39,272 nucleotides of DNA. Source: an uncultured Rhizobium sp. GTDB taxonomy: Bacteria > Pseudomonadota > Alphaproteobacteria > Rickettsiales > UBA1997. Location: assembly GCA_964452075.1 (NCBI GenBank), contig CAYVKI010000005.1:1-39272 (forward strand). The letters run 5' to 3'. Below, in pieces: positions 28,180-36,701 of the stretch. Under the pieces are notes generated by a model, which was not told the DNA's origin, did no database searches, and saw only the letters and a program-made list of their open reading frames with translations. Every line of letters begins with the position of its first letter. Within the stretch, counting starts at the first letter, position 1. The translations under genes were made by a program, and so were the position numbers.

Positions 28180-29613
28180 TTAATGGTGATAAATATCCAA
28201 ATTACCAAATCGCGTAAACTCTCCGTCAAAAAATAAACTAATGCTGCCCACTGGGCCATTACGCTGTTTGGCAATTATCACTTCTGCCAAATGACGAACT
28301 TCATTCATTTTTTGATTCCATTCGGCAAATTTTGGATCACCATCCTGCGGACGTTTTCTTTCATGATAATAACTGTCACGATAAACAAACGCCACAACGT
28401 CAGCATCTTGCTCGATTGAACCCGATTCACGCAAATCTGCAAGTTGCGGTCTTTTATCTTCGCGTTGCTCTACGGCACGAGAAAGTTGAGACAAGGCGAT
28501 TACTGGAATACTAAATTCTTTAGCAATTGCCTTCAAACCTTGCGTGATTTCAGAAACTTCTTGGACACGATTTTCATTAGATCTGGTAGAAGTTCCGCGA
28601 ATTAATTGAAGGTAATCCACAATTAAAAGCGAAAGATTGTTTTTACGAACCATTCTTCTAACTCGAGTTCTGATGGCGGAAATTGAAAGAGCTGGCGTGT
28701 CATCAATAAAAAGTGGCATTTTAGAAATTTCTGCGGAGCGCATAGCAACAGCTTCCCATTCGGTTTCGCTTAATTGTCCAGTGCGAAACTTTCCAGCGTT
28801 AATGCTACATTCCATCGAAAGAATTCTTGATGCCAGTTGGTCAGAAGACATCTCCAATGAAAAGAAACCAACCGCTTTTTTGTTTTTAGAGTCAGAAATA
28901 TCTTGGTTCAAAAATTTGCAGGCATTTACAGCAATATTAACGCCAAGAGCGGTTTTTCCCATTGAAGGTCGTCCAGCAAGAATGATTAAATCTGATTCTT
29001 GCATTCCACCAAGAATTTTATCTAGATCGCTAAATCCAGTTGAAACTCCGCTAATGTTAGCTCCTCGCTGTTTGGCAATTAAGGTTTTGTCGAGAGTTTC
29101 TTTCAAAGAAGCTGAAATGCTGCGAAAATCACTGCGACCATTTCCATGTTCTGATAATTTAAAAAGATTAGCTTCGGCGGATTCAATTTGCTCGGTTGCA
29201 GAAGCTTTATCTTCTGTTTTGTAAATTCGATTTACAATATCTTCACCAATCATTGAAAGCTCGCGCTTCAAAGCTAAATCGTGAATTAATCGACCGTAAT
29301 CAGCAATGTCGATAATTGATGAAGCGGCACCCAACAAAACTGACAAATAAGCGACTCCACCAAATGATTTTACAGCTTCGTCATTTTCAAAAAACTGCTT
29401 AAGAGTCACTTGATTTGCAACAATTTGAGCCTTTTCAACATTATGAACAATTTGAGCAAAAATATTGCGATGCGCCGGTTCGTAAAAATGCTCTTCGCGC
29501 AGAAATTCTGAAACACGATTTAAATATTCGTTGTTGAGAATAATGGTTCCAAGAACCGCTTGTTCTGCTTCGATGTTAGAAAGTTCTTTGCGAATTTGAT
29601 CGGTCATTTGCAT
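28180..29613 (-). CDS. dnaB: Replicative DNA helicase DnaB
   Basis: 477 aa. N-terminal EAEQAVLGTIILN, Walker A AGRPSMGKTA, LIVDYLQL, ALSQLSR and IIAKQRNGPVG motifs. Confidence 0.95.
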   Translation of the reverse strand: MQMTDQIRKELSNIEAEQAVLGTIILNNEYLNRVSEFLREEHFYEPAHRNIFAQIVHNVEKAQIVANQVTLKQFFENDEAVKSFGGVAYLSVLLGAASSIIDIADYGRLIHDLALKRELSMIGEDIVNRIYKTEDKASATEQIESAEANLFKLSEHGNGRSDFRSISASLKETLDKTLIAKQRGANISGVSTGFSDLDKILGGMQESDLIILAGRPSMGKTALGVNIAVNACKFLNQDISDSKNKKAVGFFSLEMSSDQLASRILSMECSINAGKFRTGQLSETEWEAVAMRSAEISKMPLFIDDTPALSISAIRTRVRRMVRKNNLSLLIVDYLQLIRGTSTRSNENRVQEVSEITQGLKAIAKEFSIPVIALSQLSRAVEQREDKRPQLADLRESGSIEQDADVVAFVYRDSYYHERKRPQDGDPKFAEWNQKMNEVRHLAEVIIAKQRNGPVGSISLFFDGEFTRFGNLDIYHH

Positions 29614-29617
29614 TTAA

Positions 29618-31111
29618 TTATCTTAATTTATCCTGATTTTTTTCAGCAAAAGCTTGCACAACAGTGATTCTAACTGGCGATGGATTTGGAGTTCTCGCCT
29701 GATTTTCAGTATTTACAATGTCGCATAAAATATCGAGCGAAAGCCCGCCATCGTGACACATGCAAATGGTATAAGTTTTTTTATCGAGATCGCTTACGGT
29801 ATTGCGACTAATGATTCGCAATCCGCCAGCACTACGAGAAAATAAAAATAAACGATTTAGAATTTTTACATAACCGTTGATGCGATTATCTGGATGAGCA
29901 GGAACTGTTCCAGTGATGATTTCTTCATTTGTAGCATTAATCAAATAATCAAAAATTTGATCTGCAATTTCGGCAGTTTCTTCTTCAATTTTTTGAAAAA
30001 CTTCAGTTATTGCTTGCAAGTTTTCAAAAATTTCTACTGAAGGACGCTTTAAAGAACTTGAAGGTTTTTCGTTAGCGTTTTCTGAAGCCTTGTTTTTTTG
30101 ATCGCTTTCTGGGGTAAGATATTTTTTAAGAAAAACGGCAATATCCGCCAAAATTGGATTTTCAGATTTTAGCCTCAACATAACAAAATTGAGAACCCGA
30201 GGTATCAAACTTAAATATTGATGCTTGCCGTCGCGAAGAGATAATCTGGCAAAAATACCTAATATTTTTATGTTGCGCTGCAGCGAAAGAATTTCGTAAT
30301 CATTTTTAAAATCTTCTTTGTCGCAGGTAGATTCTTGCAAGTAATGATTAAAAATTCTGCCTCGATTTTCTTCGGACAAATCTCTTCTCGCATCTTCAAG
30401 CAAAGAAACTAAGTCATAAGCTCTAGAGCCAATAACCGCGTCTTGAAAATCTAATAATCCAACTTTTTTTATTCCGCTTCTTTCTGGCAAAACCATTAAA
30501 TTATCGGCATGAAAATCACGCAGAACCAAAACAGGATTTTCATTCTTTTGCAAATGATCTCGCAAAGATTTTGACTGCGATAATTGGTCAAAAACCTGAA
30601 ACCATAAATGTTTAAAAGTGGCGATATCTTCAACAGAAATCGATCTTTTTTGCAAAGGTAAATACCACTCGATCAACAACATAACTTCACGAAAAAGAAG
30701 TGCGTGGTTATATTGCTGCAAGTCTTTTAAAATAGGTTTTGAATGCAGATCTAGCAAGCAATCACAAGCCGCTTTATAAAGCGCAAACTCTTGCGAAATA
30801 TCTCGCTCTAAAACTTTTGTGTAAGTGTCGTCGCCAAAATCCTCTAGAAGCAAAAACCCAAATTCATCGTCACGCGCAATAATTTTTGGAGCGGAAAAAC
30901 TTTGTTCAACAAGAAATTCGGCAACCTTAACAAATGGACGAACATCTTCGTGCAAAGGAGGAGCAAACATCAAAATATTAGTTCCTGCGGATGTGTGAAT
31001 TCGATAATAAGAACGAAAAGAAGCGTCTCCCGCAACTTTGCTTATTTGATAATTGGTAATGCCACTTTTTGCTAAAAAAGTTTGCGCTAATTTTTCGTTA
31101 AGTTCAGTCAT
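29618..31111 (-). CDS. Aminoglycoside-phosphotransferase-fold kinase, AmgK-like (MurNAc/GlcNAc anomeric kinase), with an unknown C-terminal extension
   Basis: Residues 1-~335 carry GDASFRSYYR, LRDFHADNLMV, LDFQDA, YDLVSLLEDAR and KILGIFARL, typical of the AmgK/APH family. Residues ~336-497 have no recognisable motif. Confidence 0.75.
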   Translation of the reverse strand: MTELNEKLAQTFLAKSGITNYQISKVAGDASFRSYYRIHTSAGTNILMFAPPLHEDVRPFVKVAEFLVEQSFSAPKIIARDDEFGFLLLEDFGDDTYTKVLERDISQEFALYKAACDCLLDLHSKPILKDLQQYNHALLFREVMLLIEWYLPLQKRSISVEDIATFKHLWFQVFDQLSQSKSLRDHLQKNENPVLVLRDFHADNLMVLPERSGIKKVGLLDFQDAVIGSRAYDLVSLLEDARRDLSEENRGRIFNHYLQESTCDKEDFKNDYEILSLQRNIKILGIFARLSLRDGKHQYLSLIPRVLNFVMLRLKSENPILADIAVFLKKYLTPESDQKNKASENANEKPSSSLKRPSVEIFENLQAITEVFQKIEEETAEIADQIFDYLINATNEEIITGTVPAHPDNRINGYVKILNRLFLFSRSAGGLRIISRNTVSDLDKKTYTICMCHDGGLSLDILCDIVNTENQARTPNPSPVRITVVQAFAEKNQDKLR

Positions 31112-31112
31112 G

Positions 31113-31790
31113 TTAAAAATCTAATTTAGAATACCATTCAGGCGGATTAACGTTTGGCAGACGATCTTTTAAAATTTCTGAAAAAATTTTATGAGATTTT
31201 ATTAAACTATACCAATCTTTTGCTGGCAAATAATGATGCCAGTTAATGTCACCAAAATAATCAAGCACCGAAAGATGCGAAGCTGCTGCAAAATCGGCAA
31301 CAGAAATATGATCTCCAGCTAGATATTTTCTGGTTTCAAGCAAATATTCAATATAGCTCAAATGAATATTTAGATTGCGTCTGGCAACGCGCAAAACCTC
31401 AGAATTTGGCGAGCTAGCTCCAGGCAAATAGCGATTAAAAAACCTTTCGTTCAAAACATGCCTGCCAACTTCATTGTAAAATTTTTCATCAAACCAGCAT
31501 TGCAAACGCCTTATTTCTGAGCGATCAACCAAAGACTCTCCCAAAAAATTTCTGTTTTCAGAATGTTTTTCTTCGACATATTCAGAAATTACCGAACCGC
31601 CAATCACAACTGCGGCATTGCTGTTATCAAACAATACTGGCAAAGTTCCAGCGGGATTCATCGCGATAAATTCTTTGCGTCTTTCCCAAAAGTTTTCTGG
31701 CACAGATTCAAAACCAATCTCTTTTGCAGCTAAATGCACTCTGATTTTGCGCGAAAAAGGGCAAATCATGTGATGGTAGAGACGATACAT
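31113..31790 (-). CDS. Glutathione S-transferase family protein
   Basis: 225 aa. The thioredoxin-like N-domain has a CPFS motif and NPAGTLPVLFD. The C-domain is helical. Confidence 0.8.
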   Translation of the reverse strand: MYRLYHHMICPFSRKIRVHLAAKEIGFESVPENFWERRKEFIAMNPAGTLPVLFDNSNAAVVIGGSVISEYVEEKHSENRNFLGESLVDRSEIRRLQCWFDEKFYNEVGRHVLNERFFNRYLPGASSPNSEVLRVARRNLNIHLSYIEYLLETRKYLAGDHISVADFAAASHLSVLDYFGDINWHHYLPAKDWYSLIKSHKIFSEILKDRLPNVNPPEWYSKLDF

Positions 31791-31893
31791 AATTTTTTGA
31801 AATTTTTTATTTTTAGAAATTTTCTAGAAGATGAAGGTGTTTTTAAAATATAACATTTAACTTGCGACAATTCTCAATGATTTTCTGTATTTT

Positions 31894-34797
31894 ATGTCAA
31901 AAAAAATCGCATTAATCGACGGATATGGCTTTGTATTTCGCGCCTATCATTCACTTCCACCACTTACCAGAGCAGATGGAACGCCAGTTGGAGCTGTTTA
32001 CGGTTTTGTAAACATGCTAATAAAATTACTCGCTAGTTTAGATGTAACTCACGCAGCAGTGATTTTTGATTCTGGTTCAAAAACATTTCGTAACGACATT
32101 TTTCCAGATTATAAAGCCAATCGTCCGCCCTGCCCCGAAGATCTTAAACCGCAATTTCCCATCGTGCGCCAAAGTGCCGAAGCATTGAATTTGGCGATAC
32201 TCGAAAAAGTTGGCTTTGAAGCTGATGACATAATTGCCACACTTGCCAAACAAGCTGAAAAAGATGGTTTTGAAGTTTTAATTGTTTCTTCCGACAAAGA
32301 TTTGATGCAGCTAATCACAGAGCGCGTTTCAATGTATGACGCCATGAAAAATCGCTTGGTTGGAATTGCTGAAGTAAAAGAAAAATTCTTGGTTGAGCCA
32401 AATAAAGTTTTAGACGTTTTGTCACTTATGGGCGACGCTTCAGACAATGTTGCTGGCGTTAGGGGAATTGGCCCAAAAACCGCTGCAGAATTAATAAATG
32501 AATTTGGATCGTTAGAAAATATTTTTCTAAATGTAGATAAAATAAAGCAGGAAAAACGTCGGCAAATTTTAACTGAAGGAGAAGAATCAGCAAAACTTGC
32601 TAAAATTTTAATTTCTTTAAAAGAAGATGTTGAGCTTGGAATTACCGCAGAAGATTTAAAAGTTCAAAGCTTAGAGCCTTATAAGTTAGTGGCTTTTTTA
32701 GAAGAACAAGGTTTTAGATCTTTGGTCACCAGAATTAAAAAAGAATTTGATATTTCAACTTCACTTTCCACAGAAGAAAATGAAAAAAAAGATATAGCAG
32801 AAATTTCCGTCACTTCATTTTCCAAAGTAAAATTAACCGAAATAAATTCGCAGGAAATAGTTAATAGACTTAATAAAGAAGCGATTCAAAACGGAATCGT
32901 CACAATAGATTTTCAACGAGATTTTTTTACAATTTCAACTAACAAAGTTGGCGATTCACCTCAAGAAATTTTTTATTTTGAATCTAAAAATTCTAAAAAC
33001 TCAACAAGCCAAGCTCCGAGCTTAGACTTATTTAGTTTTGAAGAAGAGAAAAACATCATCAAAGATGGTGAGGTTTTTGATCTAACGATATTGGATAAAA
33101 TTCTTTTTGACGATTCAATTAAGAAAGTTTTTTTTGATGCTAAAAGTTTTTTAAAAATCGCAAGAACCCCTCACCCCAACCCTCTCCCACAAGGGGAGAG
33201 GGAGCATACCGATATCGATTCTCCTCTCTCACAAGGCAAAAAAGGGCTTAACACATCGCTCGCTCTAGCTCCCTCTCCTCTTGTGGGAGAGGTTTGGGGT
33301 GAGAGGTTGCGTACTCGCATCACCTTCGAAGATGTTTCATTAATCAATCACCTTCTAACCTCATCAACCAAAAATGATCTGCGCGAGTTGATCGATTTTA
33401 ATCTAAATGAAAACATCGAAGAGCTTGGATTTGGAAAGTTTTTTGCCGAAATTGACAAAAATCGTGAACCAGATTTTTCACAAGAACCGCAAAAAAAAGC
33501 CGAGTTTTTTGCTTTTAGAAATTTTGCAATTGCTCAACTTTATAAAATTTTCTCTCCAAAAATTCTCACCGAAAAACTTTCAGAAGCTTACAACTCTTAC
33601 GAAAAACCTTTACTGCAAATTCTTGCTCAAGTTGAAGAATCTGGAATCAAAATCGATGTCGAGAAATTACACAATTTATCTCAAGAATTTGGGGAAAAAA
33701 TTAACAATTTAAGCGGCGAAATTTATGAAATCGCTGGAACAGAATTTAACATCGCTTCGCCCAAACAACTTGGGGAAATTTTGTTTGAAAAATTAGGTTT
33801 AGATTCATCAAAAAAATCTAAAAAAACCGGCGCGCTTTCAACTGGAGTTGGAGTTCTTGAAGAGCTTGAAGAAGAAGGTCACCCAATAGCACGAAAAATT
33901 TTGGATTTTCGCAAATTCTCCAAACTTAAAAACACTTACACCGACTCTTTGCCTAAAGAAATCAATGCAAAAACCAGTCGCGTTCACACTCATTTTTCAA
34001 CAACCTCAACAATTACAGGAAGGCTTAGTTCGAGCCATCCAAACCTGCAAAACATTCCAATAAAAAGTTTGGAAGGTCAAAAAATTCGCGAGAGTTTTAT
34101 TGCCACCAAAGATCATTTATTAATTTCTGCCGACTATTCACAAATTGAGCTTCGAATCATTGCCCACGTTGCAAAAATCGATAATTTGATTGCCGCTTTT
34201 AAAGAAAATAAAGACATTCACCGCATTACGGCGAGTCAGGTTTTTGGCATTCCCGAAAGCGAAATTGACGATGCGACGCGTTCAAAAGCCAAGGCAATTA
34301 ATTTTGGAATTATTTATGGAATTAGTGCTTTTGGTTTAGCGCGACAACTCAACATTTCTCGCCAAGACGCCGCAGAATATATTCGATCATATCTTGTCGC
34401 CTATCCAGGAATTGATTCTTATATGAAAAACACCGTTGAAACAGCGCGCCACAATGGTTTTGTGCAGACTTTTTCAGGTCGAAAATGCTTCATTTCGCAA
34501 ATCAACAATAAAAATCCAATAATTCGCAACGAAGCCGAACGCCTCGCAATTAACGCTCCAATTCAAGGAAGCGCAGCGGACGTAATTAAAAAAGCGATGA
34601 TTCGTTTAAATAAAAAATTCATCGAAGAAAAAATTCAGGCAAAAATTATTTTACAAATTCACGATGAATTGATTGTGGAAGCTCCAAAAGATGAAGTTGA
34701 AATTGTGACGAAAATTCTAAAAACAGAAATGGAAAACGCGGTAAGTTTGGACGTGCCTTTGGCAGTTGATGTAAAGGTTGGTGAGTTTTGGAGATAA
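31894..34797 (+). CDS. polA: DNA polymerase I
   Basis: 967 aa. 5'-nuclease N-terminus (LIDGYGFVFRAYH, SSDKDLMQL, GVRGIGPKTA). Polymerase motifs A (LISADYSQIELRIIAH), B (RSKAKAINFGIIYG) and C (QIHDELIVE). It contains a 48-codon in-frame repeat-element insertion. Confidence 0.95.
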   Translation: MSKKIALIDGYGFVFRAYHSLPPLTRADGTPVGAVYGFVNMLIKLLASLDVTHAAVIFDSGSKTFRNDIFPDYKANRPPCPEDLKPQFPIVRQSAEALNLAILEKVGFEADDIIATLAKQAEKDGFEVLIVSSDKDLMQLITERVSMYDAMKNRLVGIAEVKEKFLVEPNKVLDVLSLMGDASDNVAGVRGIGPKTAAELINEFGSLENIFLNVDKIKQEKRRQILTEGEESAKLAKILISLKEDVELGITAEDLKVQSLEPYKLVAFLEEQGFRSLVTRIKKEFDISTSLSTEENEKKDIAEISVTSFSKVKLTEINSQEIVNRLNKEAIQNGIVTIDFQRDFFTISTNKVGDSPQEIFYFESKNSKNSTSQAPSLDLFSFEEEKNIIKDGEVFDLTILDKILFDDSIKKVFFDAKSFLKIARTPHPNPLPQGEREHTDIDSPLSQGKKGLNTSLALAPSPLVGEVWGERLRTRITFEDVSLINHLLTSSTKNDLRELIDFNLNENIEELGFGKFFAEIDKNREPDFSQEPQKKAEFFAFRNFAIAQLYKIFSPKILTEKLSEAYNSYEKPLLQILAQVEESGIKIDVEKLHNLSQEFGEKINNLSGEIYEIAGTEFNIASPKQLGEILFEKLGLDSSKKSKKTGALSTGVGVLEELEEEGHPIARKILDFRKFSKLKNTYTDSLPKEINAKTSRVHTHFSTTSTITGRLSSSHPNLQNIPIKSLEGQKIRESFIATKDHLLISADYSQIELRIIAHVAKIDNLIAAFKENKDIHRITASQVFGIPESEIDDATRSKAKAINFGIIYGISAFGLARQLNISRQDAAEYIRSYLVAYPGIDSYMKNTVETARHNGFVQTFSGRKCFISQINNKNPIIRNEAERLAINAPIQGSAADVIKKAMIRLNKKFIEEKIQAKIILQIHDELIVEAPKDEVEIVTKILKTEMENAVSLDVPLAVDVKVGEFWR
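33165..33308. mobile_element. GC-rich nested palindromic (MITE/RPE-like) element inserted in frame in polA
   Basis: The 41-nt arms at 33165-33205 and 33268-33308 are inverted repeats matching at 38/41 positions. The left arm contains a perfect 9-bp stem with a 5-nt loop. Total length is 144 bp, or 48 codons, with no stop. GC content is sharply higher than in the flanks. Confidence 0.75.
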
Positions 34798-34816
34798 TCT
34801 ATTCTCTAAATCATTC

Positions 34817-35887
34817 TCAATTTTTTTTTCTTCCAACAATCTCCGCCAATCTTTTTTCAAGAGCCGCGTAAGAATATTTTTCACGCAATTTTTTTGCAGC
34901 GTTTCTAACAAAAACATTCGGCAATTCTCGCTGATTTATAATTTCTATCACCACCGCTGAAAACTTTTCAGGCAATGATTTTGCGGAATTTAAACCAATC
35001 AAAATTCCATCAAATCCGTCTTTAAGAATCTCCTTTGAGCCGTCAGTATCAGTGGCGATAATTGGCTTGGCATATTTCATCGCTTCCAGCAAAACCAGCC
35101 CAAAAGTTTCATTGCTTGAGGCGCTACAAAAAATGTCAATTGTGGCGAAAAATTCTTTTTTATTTTCTACCCAACCCAAAAACTCAACTTCATTTTCCAC
35201 TTTTAAATCTTTTGCAAGTTGACGCAAATTTGCCTCATAAGATCCAGAGCCAGCTATTTTTAGAGTGAATTTTTTTTGACCAATTTTATTTAACTGAGAA
35301 ATTGATGTAATTAAATGCTCAAAACCTTTTTGATCGTCAATGCGCGCCATTGCGCCAAGTGTTATTGTTGTTTTTTGTGTCAAATTTATTTCCGCTATTT
35401 CTTCAATCGCTCCATCAAGATTAATTGCATTTGGAATCACAAAGCTTCGATCTTCTCTCTGACCTAAATCAATAGTTTTATGAAAAGCTTTTTGATTTAC
35501 CGAAAGAACAATATCGGCACCAATTGAACGATTAACGTTCATACTGTGATTAACAGCGACAAAAAAAACTTTTTTATTACCAATTTTTTTTAGCGATTTT
35601 TTTACCAAAACCATCGATCTTCCAATGTTGGCAAAAACGGCATCAGCAGCAAAATCTTCAATAATTTTTCTAAGCTCTTTTATAGCAAAAAAATCGTGAT
35701 AACCAAAGCGATTTTTGATTTTTTTAACAGCAATTCCGAAGTCTAAAATTTGTTTTTCGTAAGGAGCGTCATCTTTTATAATAGCCAAAACTTCATGACC
35801 TAAGTTTTTTAAAACCACCAAATAGTCAACAAATGCTTGCTCCGCGCCGCCATTTTGCGATGTAAGAATTATATTAATTATTCTCAT
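34817..35887 (-). CDS. Glycosyltransferase, GT-B fold (group 1 / GT4 family)
   Basis: 356 aa. The C-terminal ETFGLVLLEAMKYAKPIIATDTDGSKEILKDG (E-x7-E) motif is typical of group 1 glycosyltransferases. Confidence 0.85.
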   Translation of the reverse strand: MRIINIILTSQNGGAEQAFVDYLVVLKNLGHEVLAIIKDDAPYEKQILDFGIAVKKIKNRFGYHDFFAIKELRKIIEDFAADAVFANIGRSMVLVKKSLKKIGNKKVFFVAVNHSMNVNRSIGADIVLSVNQKAFHKTIDLGQREDRSFVIPNAINLDGAIEEIAEINLTQKTTITLGAMARIDDQKGFEHLITSISQLNKIGQKKFTLKIAGSGSYEANLRQLAKDLKVENEVEFLGWVENKKEFFATIDIFCSASSNETFGLVLLEAMKYAKPIIATDTDGSKEILKDGFDGILIGLNSAKSLPEKFSAVVIEIINQRELPNVFVRNAAKKLREKYSYAALEKRLAEIVGRKKN

Positions 35888-36644
35888 TAGCTAAAATTTC
35901 TTTGGCTTTCAAGCGCGAAACTAATGGATATGCAGCAGCAAGCACAGCAATCAAAAATCCCAACGCACCTTCTTTATAACCTTTTTTAGCAATAAAAGAT
36001 TTTAAGAAACGAAACTTAAAACTAACCAATTCTTTAAATAGCGATTGTTTTTTATGAGCCTTTCCACTCGAAATCATATCTTGCGCACGCCATTTTGTGT
36101 TGCGGTCGAAACGCAAAATTAAATCTGAAATGCTGTCATCCATCATGTGCGTAAGTGGATTTTTTATTTCTTTCGCCTCGCCTTTTAAATCGCCAGTTGG
36201 GTGAATTTGCTTGTCTTCATGATATATTTTAAATCCGCGATAGAAGAGAATTTTTTTATCCATAACGCCAATAACGCGCAACCAACCATGTTTTACATGA
36301 CGCTTACCAACGAAATTCGCCATTGGTAAAATGAACATACAAGGCTCGCTAGTTTTAATTGATAAAATTTCTTCAGCCAATTCTGGCGAAACTCTTTCAT
36401 CGGCATCAATTTCAAAAATCCATTCACCGCTACAAGCGTTAAGACCAATATTGCGACGAACACCTTCAATTTCCCAGCTTCCTTCAATAATTTTATCAGT
36501 AAATTTTTGAACTATTTCTTTGGTGCCATCACTGCATTTATCTAAAACAACGACAATTTCATCGGCAAAACTTAAACTTTTTAAACAATCAGCAATTTTT
36601 TTTTCTTCGTTGTGAGCAACAATTACGGCGGAAATTTTAGTCAT
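35874..36644 (-). CDS. Glycosyltransferase family 2 (LPS-core WaaE/KdtX-like)
   Basis: I place the start at MTKISAVIVAHNEEKKIADCL (ATG 36644), the typical GT2 N-terminus. It has a DxD-like EIDADE motif. A 14-nt overlap joins it to the downstream GT1 gene. The track ORF extends to 36701. Confidence 0.8.
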   Translation of the reverse strand: MTKISAVIVAHNEEKKIADCLKSLSFADEIVVVLDKCSDGTKEIVQKFTDKIIEGSWEIEGVRRNIGLNACSGEWIFEIDADERVSPELAEEILSIKTSEPCMFILPMANFVGKRHVKHGWLRVIGVMDKKILFYRGFKIYHEDKQIHPTGDLKGEAKEIKNPLTHMMDDSISDLILRFDRNTKWRAQDMISSGKAHKKQSLFKELVSFKFRFLKSFIAKKGYKEGALGFLIAVLAAAYPLVSRLKAKEILANENN

Positions 36645-36701
36645 TTGATAATTGAATAATTGACTTGGGAAAGCGTGCAAATTAAGTTTTGTGCCATGCA
36701 A

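Noticed and set aside
28637-29224. 195-aa plus-strand ORF, together with the other 60-130-aa ORFs antisense to or nested in large genes (e.g. 238-519, 1677-2006, 13862-14254, 32109-32447, 33407-33712, 9832-10026)
   Set aside because: All lie entirely within genes whose products carry unmistakable family motifs on the other strand or frame (DnaB, permeases, LptD, PolA). Their translations are low-complexity and lack any motif. They are shadow ORFs.
36645-36701. Longer GT2 start at 36701 (MHGTKLNLHAFPSQLFNYQ-MTKIS..)
   Set aside because: GT2 enzymes of this type begin directly with the M-x-K-I-S-x-(V/I)-I-x-x-x-N-E strand. The 19-codon extension would leave no intergenic space before the divergent sodB start at 36702. 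ATG 36644 is preferred.
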